NCBI RefSeq assembly: GCF_006345805.1
Contig: NC_043004.1
Location: forward strand, 5,828,001-5,892,000
Source: Octopus sinensis
Taxonomy: Eukaryota
Length of the DNA stretch: 64,000 bases
Reading direction: 5' to 3'
Shown: positions 52,784 to 64,000 of the stretch, piece after piece
Position numbering within the stretch: position 1 is the first letter of the stretch
Layout: each line of letters starts with the position of its first letter
Translations under genes and position numbers: made by a program
Notes under the pieces: generated by a model
Told to the model about the DNA's origin: nothing
What the model saw: the letters and a program-made list of their open reading frames with translations, nothing else
Database searches by the model: none

Positions 52784-55130
52784 ATATATATATAATATAT
52801 ATATATATAGTTGAAATTTACAGAAAAACAAAAGACGAAAACAGGTGTATAAACAACAAACAGGTGTATTAGTTTGACGCTCAATAGCCGATTTTCAGAT
52901 TTTTTACTTCCTTTTAAATGCATATTTTGCGAACGAAAAAAACTAAATCCTTGGGTTCTTTACATTCTCGTTAAATAGCGACTTCGGCAAAATAGTTTGA
53001 TAGAATAAGTACTAGAGTTTAAAAAATTTCTGGGGTCAACTTTTTCGGCTAAATGGTTTCTCAACCATCTTTTTTTTTTTTTACATATGAACTCCATTTG
53101 ATCCCTATTTTATTCGGATGAATCCTCCTAATCATTCCATGTTTCAAAAAACCTCCTGTTACATTTTTATAATTAAATGCTATTAAGAATTGTATAAAGA
53201 AAAGATGGAAGCATTTTGTGTATTGTAGAAGTATAACAAATTTATTGCAGATAAATTTTAACAGCAAAATTTGATACAGAGCCTGAAGTGTCCATATGGT
53301 CCCTAAAGGCCATATGGGCTGAACCCTTCAAGGCTGTGCCCCAGCATGACCGTAGTCCAATGATTTAAAAGATGAAAGATGAAGAATAAATCTAACAAGA
53401 TAAAGATGAATATGCGTTTGAAAAAGACCCCACTGCTGATTTTCATGTGATTGAAGTACTTTTAAAACGAGGAGATTCACATGTAAAGCTAGACATATTT
53501 TAACTGTCTTTGTTCTATTTTAAGTAAAGAAAAAGAAAAAGGAAAAGAACAGAAAAGGAAAACAGCTTGACTTTCTACATCTGCATGTGTTCCACCTAAC
53601 CTAGATAAAGCAGAATTTAGAAACCGATAGCGCTCCAGATCGCTGACGTCACAGAAAACGGCATTGTACTTGACGTCGAAGAAAAGAGTAGGTGGTTCCG
53701 TTGGAGGATTATTGCAGAGAAGAAAGATGGAAGCTTAGATTTAGTTATTGATAGCGTTAGCTCAGTGAATTTTGTTTTGATTGTGATCTTTGTATACTGG
53801 GTTCACAAACAGCATTAGTCAAATTAGCATTTTATCTTAAGGATCAACGTAATTAAGATAACTAATTAGATAGAACATGTTATGTACTGGACTCCATCTG
53901 CATGCAAAATGACAAAATACCAGAAGTGTGAATTCATCTATTAATGCTGTTGGTCAGTTGGTACATCGCTTCCTATAAACAAACATCGCTTTTTGTTGCG
54001 TTTTATTTCTAATTTATAGTTGGCACCCCAGACTGGTAAAAAGTTGGGGTAAGAAGAGTATGAGACGTTTGGGTACGGCTGTTTTGGCGTCACTTTGTGG
54101 TGTCATCGATTCGATACTGACTTATTTAACATCAGATGTTTTAATGTTTCTTTCTTTCTCCCTCCCTCCCTCTCTCTCCCTCCTTCTCTCTCTCTCCCTC
54201 CCTCTCTCCCCCTCTCTCTGTTTATGTGTGTGAGCATATTTCTTTTTTTGTGGACGAGGAGGGGGTAACATGTTTATGTCAATCGTGTTCACTTAGGATC
54301 TTTGTGGTTTTCGTCATTGTCTACAATTTTGTTCCAATTGCTTTCAAATGTGGTATATGGATTAAGCTTTGTATACTAATTAGGAAAATGAAATTCATTT
54401 TCCCTATAAATCCATAATTAAAAAGTTATTAGCCTTTAAAATTTGCAAAATTTGGGTATTTTAGGCAATCAGAACCGAGTATTTTACACATTACCATGGC
54501 GAACAACTCTGTTTTCATAGTAACCAAAGCAAAGTAGCACCACGTGCTCTATTGCTGATTGCGAAGAAATCTGTTTTCATAGTAACCAAAGATGCTACGC
54601 ATGCGCACAAGCAGTGTAGCCACAACGTGTTCTATAATTGTTTATTTTCATAACAGAAGGAATTCGATTCTAGAACGATATAGAGATTTTAGAACAGTGA
54701 CGAGATGGCCACAACTTTCGTTCTTGAATTTTTTAAAACTAATAAATGCATGTTTTAAACAATGGCTTGATTGCCATTTCTAGCAACTCCTGTTAGTTTG
54801 TTCGTAGTTTTAAAATATTTAATTTGCTCGCGAACGTTTTAATGTTTTCCATTGTTAACTTTGCTCGTGTCAAATCGTTTCATTCCAATGAAGGAAGATA
54901 TGTTCAAACCGATTACTTAAACCAAATGCTTGCAACAGCATGCACTCCGCTAAATGCGAGGATCTCAATTAGTGTCGTTGATCAAGGCGATGGAATAAGT
55001 CTACTCCGCAAGTAGGCTATGGCGGAATTTGAACTCAGAACTCGAAGAAGACTAAATACTGCAAGGGTATCCAATGCAACGTTCTTACAGCACCGCACTC
55101 ACCAAATCCTGCCATCTACAGCTTTCTTTT

Positions 55131-55176
<46 letters not shown>

Positions 55177-55183
<7 letters not shown>

Positions 55184-55634
55184 GAGTATATTTCTATACG
55201 CGCATAAATCGTATTCAGTTAAAAAATGTGATGTCCCCTCTTCTCTCTCTCTCACTCTTTCTATTTGTACGTACAAACACACATGCCCGCACATGCATGT
55301 ATATTCTGTTATTTCTAGCAACTCCTGTTGGTTTGTTCGTAGCTTTTAAATATTTAATTTGCTCGCGAATGCCTTAATCTTTTTCACTGTTTACTATAGT
55401 TAGTTTAATGTTTTAAACGTGCCGGTGCCCCCCCCCCCCCATCCACATGATGATGGAAGCGTCAGCAAACGCGCTGTTTTCTGATACGCTGAAAATTCTG
55501 AATGTTATCAAACTTTGATGCATTAAAAATTTTTTCAAAGATTTCGACATGCAGTGACGAAAACTACAAAAATCCTTCAATTATTAAATTGTAATCTCTC
55601 TCTCCCTCTCCCACTCACTTTCTCTCTCTCTCTC

Positions 55635-55696
<62 letters not shown>

Positions 55697-56147
55697 GAGT
55701 ATATTTCTATACGCGCATAAATCGTATTCAGTTAAAAAATGTGATGTCCCCTCTTCTCTCTCTCTCACTCTTTCTATTTGTACGTACAAACACACATGCC
55801 CGCACATGCATGTATATTCTGTTATTTCTAGCAACTCCTGTTGGTTTGTTCGTAGCTTTTAAATATTTAATTTGCTCGCGAATGCCTTAATCTTTTTCAC
55901 TGTTTACTATAGTTAGTTTAATGTTTTAAACGTGCCGGTGCCCCCCCCCCCCCATCCACATGATGATGGAAGCGTCAGCAAACGCGCTGTTTTCTGATAC
56001 GCTGAAAATTCTGAATGTTATCAAACTTTGATGCATTAAAAATTTTTTCAAAGATTTCGACATGCAGTGACGAAAACTACAAAAATCCTTCAATTATTAA
56101 ATTGTAATCTCTCTCTCCCTCTCCCACTCACTTTCTCTCTCTCTCTC

Positions 56148-56187
<40 letters not shown>

Positions 56188-56202
56188 TCTCTCTCACTCT
56201 CT
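55177..56202 (+). repeat. Tandem duplication with a 513-bp period, plus a diverged third partial copy to about 56340
   Basis: tccgagtatatttctatacg occurs at 55181 and 55694, and the ORF-track starts at 55554 and 56067 also differ by 513. The copies look identical apart from (CT)n length. Confidence 0.9.
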
Positions 56203-56930
56203 CTCTCTCACTCTCTGAGTTTATTTCTGTGTGCGCATCAGTTATGAAGTGTAATGTCTCCTCTTCTCTCTCTCTCTAACTCTTTCTATTTGTACGCACA
56301 AATACATATGCCCGCACATGCGTGTATATTTGTACGTATCTGTGAGTGCGCGCGCGTGTGTATGTTTGCTTCCAATGCCAAAAAGTACCGTCGGCAAAAC
56401 AAACTCAATGTTCAGTCATCTGAGCCAAATCATCAGCGCGCCAAAACAGCCGCGTCAAATCGTCTCATTCCAATGAAGGAAGATATGTTCAAACCGATTA
56501 CCTAAACCAAATGCTTGCAACAGGATGCACTCCGCTAAATGTGGGGATCCCAATTAGTATCGTTAGTCAAGGCGTTGAAATAAGTCTACTACGCTTACTA
56601 AGCTAAGGCGGAATTTGAACTTAGAACTCGAAGAACAAGACTAAATACCGCAAGGGTATCCAATGCTACGTTCTTACAGCTCCAAACTCAACGGATCCTG
56701 CCAGCTGCAGCTTTCTTTTACTCACTTTCACTTGCTCCAGTCACTGCATTGCGGCTTTACTGGATCAAATCTACCCTAGTACTATTTTTAAAAGTCTTAT
56801 ATTTATTTTATCAGTTTCTTTGGCCGAACCGCTAAGTTACAAGGAGTTAAACCTACAACGGTTGTCGTGCGGTGACTTCCCAAACACAAAGACACGATTG
56901 CACGTACGCACGCGCGCGCACGCACGCACA

Positions 56931-56999
<69 letters not shown>

Positions 57000-57507
57000 T
57001 GCATATATAAACAAAGGGCTTCCAATGATTTTCTCCCTACTAAATTCTCTCTCAAGAAATTAGTCGGCCCAGGGTTATAGAAAAAGACACGTGTCCAAGA
57101 TGCCGTACCGTGGGACAGAACCCGAAACCCCGTGATTCTGAAACGAACTTCTTGACCATATCGTCATGCATAATAATGCATGAATAATAATCCTTTCTAC
57201 AATAGGCACAAGGCCTGAAATTTGGAGGAGGAGGAGGAGGACGACGAGGTTAGTCGTTTACATCGCCCCCAGTACCCAACAGCATCCGAAGGGATAAATG
57301 GCAAAGTCGACCTCGGCGGTCGAACGTATAAGTTCGAACGTATAAGTCCATTATTGACGTATGTGTACAATAATTTGAATTAGTCATTTTAAATATTATA
57401 CTACTCTACGGAATTCTTACTATGTGAACTGATTAACCAGTTCACATAGTAAACATTGATGGACCTCCAGCATGGCCGCAGTCAAATGTCTGAAGCAAGT
57501 GAAAATG

Positions 57508-57509
57508 AC

Positions 57510-57575
<66 letters not shown>

Positions 57576-57648
57576 GTAGGTAGGTAGGTAGGTTGGTAGG
57601 TAGGTAGGTAGATAGATGGATAGATGGATGGATAGATTGATAGATAGG

Positions 57649-57740
<92 letters not shown>

Positions 57741-57745
57741 CAGAG
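57508..57745 (+). repeat. Compound (GATA)n/(GGTA)n/(GATG)n microsatellite
   Basis: Directly visible. Long (TA)n, (CA)n, (CT)n and (AAT)n tracts also occur throughout, for example at 15070-15200, 16230-16330, 31870-31940, 47200-47330, 51340-51485, 52150-52270 and 62810-63110. Confidence 0.95.
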
Positions 57746-58497
57746 ATAGATAGATCATTGACATGAATTACTCGGAGGCGCATTCGCAATAGTGTAAGCA
57801 TAGTTAATGTAGTGATCATGAAAAAGATCTAATTAGAAATACTAATGTGGTTAAGAAAAAGCAACATTATTAGTTTAGTGATTAATATTATTTTAACCAT
57901 TTAAGCAAGAATGGAAGACAATTCCGGACATGTTTAAGTCTTATTAGATTTCCTTAGCAAAACATAGGCCTCACCATACTTGCTGAAGTAATGAATTACT
58001 AAGTTGATATACATGAATAGGTGTGACAAATTAGCATACTTAAAAAATAACTCTCTGATATAAATTGCTCAGGGACACTATCTGCTTGAAAACTATAAAT
58101 TAGTGACCAAATATTTAAAGTGGTGAGCATAGAAATGCTAATTAGAAATACTTATTTCCTGGTATAATTTGCTTTTCAAATTCGTCTGGGATGAGACTGT
58201 CAAAGCCATGTAAGATAAACACGTCAAGCTCTGTGTAAAATCACAGGCTGTCAACTAAAGAGTTTCCAACAACATTAGGAATCTTTTAGGGAGACATGCT
58301 CGCTCTTTTTCTCCTTGTGATTGCAGTCGACTACATCCATAAGCAATCTCGCCATCAAGTGATCAAGACATCAGTAGAGCCTATATCTCCCCACCAGGCT
58401 CACTGCTGGCGTATCAAAAGGAATTTCTCAGTCATAACATAGGACTCCACGTACTTGAAGTCACCGACCACTTTGAGTTGTGTACCATCGTTGGAAC

Positions 58498-58665
58498 CTC
58501 TCCGCACTCTTCAGGTCCGCAGGTGGTCGGTCTGCGCAGATGGAACCGCGAATGGCTCGCTATCTCCAGTGACCTCGCACAGGACCGTCGAGCGTGGTCC
58601 GCCATGGTTCGTGATGCCGTCAGGACCAGAGAAGAAGCCGGCTCAACCCGTGACAAGTACAAGTA
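58498..58665 (+). mobile_element. Short, GC-rich, young RTE LINE 3' end with (CAAGTA)2 tail and target-site duplication
   Basis: It encodes GPQVVGLRRWNREWLAISSDLAQDRRAWSAMVRDAV. The tail caagtacaagta is at 58654-58665, and the duplicated CATCGTTGGAAC is at 58486-58497 and 58669-58680. Confidence 0.8.
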
Positions 58666-58899
58666 GTACATCGTTGGAACAAATTGGTGATAGCTTTTAT
58701 CCTCATTTAACTGCAGTATTCTCAAGAGATATTCATTAACACACAGTTGAAATTTTCAAAAAGGCCTCGCCCAAGTGTTTTTAGATGTGGGGGAAAAATC
58801 CCGAAGAAAAAAAAAGGCAGAAAAACGTTCTGATTTGAGTGTAACTGTCGAGCTTTTGAAAAGGCACGATTTTAAAAGATGGTCTGGTAGGGATTATTG

Positions 58900-59420
58900 T
58901 AACGAAGTCAATGTCTCTTTAGAATTCCGCAATCAAAGTACCGTGAGACCGTTGTAGACTGTAAGAAATGCATTCTGATACGCCAGTAGCGTGACTGGGG
59001 AGAGGGAGCGCCCTGAGCAGCACTTTTCTCTATTGACTGGGGAGTGGTAGAAAAATCTAGGGTTGCACTGGGTGGCACATACTCCTTTGATGTCACTGTG
59101 ATAGGCAATGTACAAGCTTCACAATATCTGGGAATCGGGTATTTGAAAATCAACAAAGCTGGCCTTCTTCGGGGCTTGTGTACAGAGCATTCTTCTCAAT
59201 GGAGTCTAAGTAGGAACTATGAAGAATGAGCTTTAAGATTGCTTTGATGGATCATACACCAAGCTTTTCAAGAAGGTTCAAAATATCATATAGCATCAAA
59301 ACGAGCCCAAAGAGAAGATTTATAGACCCATTAACTCCCATTTCTGCTATTGTTATGCAACACAGAGAAGGCTTTGCTGTCCAACGTTGTTGCGCTGAAA
59401 AACAGATAATATAATATAGG
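58900..59420 (+). mobile_element. Degenerate LINE RT 3' region
   Basis: Frameshifted DGSYTKLFKKVQNI...PISAIV...CCAEKQII similarity to RTE-type RT C-termini. Confidence 0.5.
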
Positions 59421-60512
59421 AAAAAAAACACGCAACTATGTTAACATTAGTGGCAGGAACGAGCTGGAATAATCGTTACCACGTCGGGCAGAATACTTAG
59501 CAGCATTTCGTCATTTTTTTACGTTCTGAGTTCAAATTCCGCTAAGGTCGATTTTGCCTTTCATCCTTTCCGGTATCGATAAAATAAGTACCAGTTGAAC
59601 ACTGGAGTTAATATAATCAACTTATTCCTTTTCTTGAAATTGCTGGGGGCTTGTGCCAAGATTAGAAACCAATATTATTTGCAGGGACACACACATGAAA
59701 TTAAGGACCTATCAAAGCTAATGGGGAACAGATTTGTGAAACGCATCTTGGTTGCACGTATAGTAGTAGAACTTTACAAAAGAAAGATTTACACAAAACC
59801 CACCTCACTTCATTTCGTACAAAACAGGATAATTTAACCGAAGTAATATAGTTAAAATTGTTTTTTAAAGAAATGGCTTCAAACCTTTTCTGTGATCCCG
59901 CATCCCTAAGAAATATTTGATTAATTTTCGCACGACCTACAAAAGTAATCATAAATTTGAAAATGAAAATTTTAATTTTCAAATAACTAATTTATATATA
60001 CATGTAGCATTATCTGGGTCATGCCAGTTAATATAAAGGAAGTAACATTCTCCTCACAATGCAAAGCGGGATTAGAAATTTGAATTTGGAATTGAGGAAT
60101 ACGATGTAAATTATACATAGAGTTCACATATTTAATTTATTTTTATCTATTACGAACTTCTTACAATTTTTAATTAGTGATAATCATGTATATAGTTCTA
60201 TTTCATCCTTTTTAAAAATTTTCAGTATAACGTAACCAGAGTATATTACTCTCATTGTCACATTACTTGAAATGCAGCGAGCATCCAAGATAGTAATCCC
60301 AACTCTTGAGACAGTATATTTTTCTTCACTACACCAGAAACTGTCTGAAATTTGGGAGAGGCATCAAAAATGTGTTTGAATGCGTGCTCTGTGTGTGCTC
60401 GCGTGTGCGTGTTGTGTTCATGTGCGTGAGAGCACATGTACGTGAGAACGTGTAATCCATTCGTGTACATGTGTAGAGATATTACTGAAAAGTACCAAGA
60501 ATGATGACATCT

Positions 60513-60543
<31 letters not shown>

Positions 60544-61496
60544 TGGGAGAGTAAATATGATCCAGAAATGTTAATCAGTTGAATACCACAGCCTGGAATA
60601 ATGATGAATATGCTGAAGCATTGCAATAGGAAATGTTGGATAATGATTTCTTTGAAGTTAAAAGTTAAACTCAGAAGGATTTGATTCCATTGAATCATAA
60701 TGAATTCTAGTCCCTATAAATCATTGTTTTATCTTACAGAATACATTAAACGATAATTTATAGGTTTCGTTGTGTCTCTTGAAATATTAATCGAGATCAT
60801 ATTGTCAATTTTGCATTTGTTCTATACCAGACGCAAGCGCACTCACTACACACAAACACATACACACACACGCTCACACACGCGCACACACACACACACA
60901 CATACATACATACGTACATGCGTATGCGTGTGTTTGTGTGTGTGTAATGTTCTTAGAAACGTTTCTGTCTGACAACAGAAATCGTATTTTATCTGTTACA
61001 AAGCACAGTCTGTCGATCTGACAGCCTCTATGTGTGTGTGTGTGTGTTGTGTGTGTGTGTGTGTGTGTGGTGTGTGTGTGTGTGTGTGTGTCAAAAACAG
61101 AACAAGATCGTAACGGGCGACAATGAAAACATACGGACAGATGAACGATACAAAATCGTGTAACATTTTCTCTGTTTTCTCGTTATTTTTTTTTGTCCGT
61201 GTTGTCGCACATATTCGCTCGCTTTCTTCCAAAAATTTAATGCCCTTAGCTTAGATTTTTGGGGCCTACCAATTTTGAATTACCTCAAGTGTAACAGGCC
61301 GAAACTGTAATGATGATTGGAAGCTAGACTGATGAATAGAAAGCCACGAATGTTCCGCGCTGTTTTTCCTGCCCGTCTTTGTATCATCTATCTATCCACA
61401 TGTTTTCATTGACATCCGTTACGTTCTTGTTCCGTATTTTTGCATTTATATGTACATATAGTAGCATACGTACACCTTTTGCTCAGCTTGTAAGTA

Positions 61497-61539
<43 letters not shown>

Positions 61540-61895
61540 TAAATATATATTTCTTTATTGCCCACAAGGGGCTAAACATAGAGGGGACAAACAAGGACAG
61601 ACAAAGGGATTAAGTCGATTATATCGACCCCAGTGCGAAACTGGTACTTTATTTATCGGCCCCGAAAGGATGAAAGGCAAAGTCGACCTCAGCGGAATTT
61701 GAACTCAGAACGTAACGACAGACGAAATACCGCTAAGCATTTCGCAGGGCGCGCTAACGAGTCTGCTAGCTCGCCGCCTTATATATACTATATATAACGG
61801 GAAGCTTTATGAAAATAGACAAAAGACGAAGGCAGGTGGGAAACAAACAAACAATTGTATTAGTATGGCGCCCAGGAAATATAAATAAAACAAGT

Positions 61896-61958
<63 letters not shown>

Positions 61959-62438
61959 ACAGATTAGTATGATCCAAAGATCCTGGAGTAGGTAGTGACC
62001 AAGCTTCAAACGTGTATACAGTTAGCATAGATGACGGAAGGTGGCCAACAGATGATGAAAAGTGTTTATTTACCCTCGTTCGTTTCATACTTCGTCCTGT
62101 ATTGAAATCAAAGGAAAATTCGATAAGCTGACAATCACCATACAACTAACAGTTTAGCAACTGAAGTTGCTAGAAATGCGAATAAAAATTCGAGAATGCA
62201 AAGAGTGAAAAAGGTAAATAAAGACTACAAATGTTTCGTAGCTAAAACAACGTTTGTTACGTAATTTGTAACACGCACAGAAGCTGCCTAGTTAACTTTG
62301 AAGCTTATAAGATCTGAAGATTAGCTAAGCAGGTTTTATGCGTGTTAAAGTTTTGTAACAAACATTCTTTTAGCTATGAAACGTGTGTAGTCTTTATTTG
62401 CCTTTTCTATTCCGTACATTCTTGCATATGTGTGTGTA

Positions 62439-62475
<37 letters not shown>

Positions 62476-62802
62476 AATTATAACTTAGGGTCTCTACGAG
62501 ATACCGCCATGCTGAAGATAGCAGCCAGGATCTGACTCTAAAACCACTTTAAGTGTTCATATAGCACAAGGAGAGAAGAAAAAAAGACAAAATAAAACTA
62601 GTAAAAAATTACTGGATAATTCCAGATCCCGGATTTTTGACTTTGCATTTAGAAATGCTTTGCCACATCAGTGGAATATACGTAGAGAGAAACATAAATA
62701 CATATATATATATAAATACAACATACGAATACTTACATATACGAACGTATACATAGATATATATGCACGTATGCATCATGACCAGTTTAAAATGCCCGCT
62801 TC

Positions 62803-62858
<56 letters not shown>

Positions 62859-63032
62859 CATGTATGTTTGTATGTATATGTGTGTGTGCGCGCGTATATA
62901 TATACATATATACATATATATACATATATACATATATACATATATATTTATACACACACACCACACACACACACACACACATACATACATATATATATAT
63001 ATAATATATATATATATATAATATATATATAT

Positions 63033-63095
<63 letters not shown>

Positions 63096-63409
63096 CACAC
63101 ACACACACACATACTCTCTCTCCCTCAGTAACTGCATTGATATCGAACAGCTAACAGCCTGAAGATGTCGTTTAGATCAATGATTGGCTCCTTATATTTC
63201 TGTCATGGCCCATCAAATGTTTAGATCGTATGCGGCCCTCCCAGTGTTGACTAAATACAACTAAAAATCAATATTCAAGCACAAATTTAATAATCCAAAT
63301 TATATATATTTAAAAAATAAATTTTCAATGCATTAGCTATATCTGAAAGGTAAATCTATCACATTAAGTGCAAATAGAACAAAAACAAAAACAACAACAA
63401 CTTCTGCTA

Positions 63410-63450
<41 letters not shown>

Positions 63451-63657
63451 ACTACTACTAATAATAATGATAATATTGGGAGAGGGGATTAATAGATTAC
63501 ATCGATTCCAGTGTTATTTTATTGACCCTCAAAAGGATGAAAGGCAAAGTGTACCTCGGCGGGATTTGAACTCAGAACGTAAAGACGGGCAAAATACCGC
63601 TAAGCAGTTTCCCGGTGCCTTAACGATTCGGTCAGTTCGTTGCCTTAGTAGTAGGGC

Positions 63658-63694
<37 letters not shown>

Positions 63695-63921
63695 ATCAAT
63701 CATTATGCTTTCGTTATTAACTTCCATGGATTCGAAAAACGATTGGGGTGGTACTGGACGACACAGCGTGGAGTTACCTAAAAGAGCGTGTAAAAAGGAG
63801 AATAATAGTAACAAACGAATTCGAGCAAAGAATAAATTCTTCAAAAGAAGGAGGCTTGTTCGTGGAAGTCCCACAAAACCATGGTCAACCCGACGTGGTT
63901 TTCTTGGGTCGTATGCATGTG

Positions 63922-63955
<34 letters not shown>

Positions 63956-64000
63956 TACATACATATATATACGACGGGCTTCTTTCAGTTTCCGTCTACC

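Overview
AT-rich, repeat-dense eukaryotic genomic DNA. The tRNA-derived CORE- and Meta-type SINEs, RTE-clade LINEs and abundant (TA)n/(CA)n/(GATA)n tracts point to an octopus or other coleoid genome; this is my inference and was not checked by search. The only well-supported protein gene is the 5' part of an Sp1/Sp3/Sp4-class (Sp1-4) transcription factor on the minus strand. It has a 63-nt first coding exon (14446-14508) and a 1693-nt exon (12609-14301) carrying the Sp box and Q-rich domains; I did not find buttonhead-box or zinc-finger exons in the window, so they probably lie left of position 1. The rest is mostly SINEs, LINE and DNA-transposon relics, fold-back elements and microsatellites. 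The main unexpected signals are: (1) minimal type I hammerhead ribozyme motifs with non-canonical cores inside fold-back, Penelope-like or retrozyme-like elements (20162-20203, 44900-44941, and a weaker one at 35102-35135); (2) an in-frame uORF whose stop codon directly abuts the Sp start codon (TAA-ATG); (3) alternating CpG-depleted and CpG-retaining domains that hint at an unannotated transcription unit around 25-36 kb. All coordinates were read by eye, and repeat boundaries are approximate.
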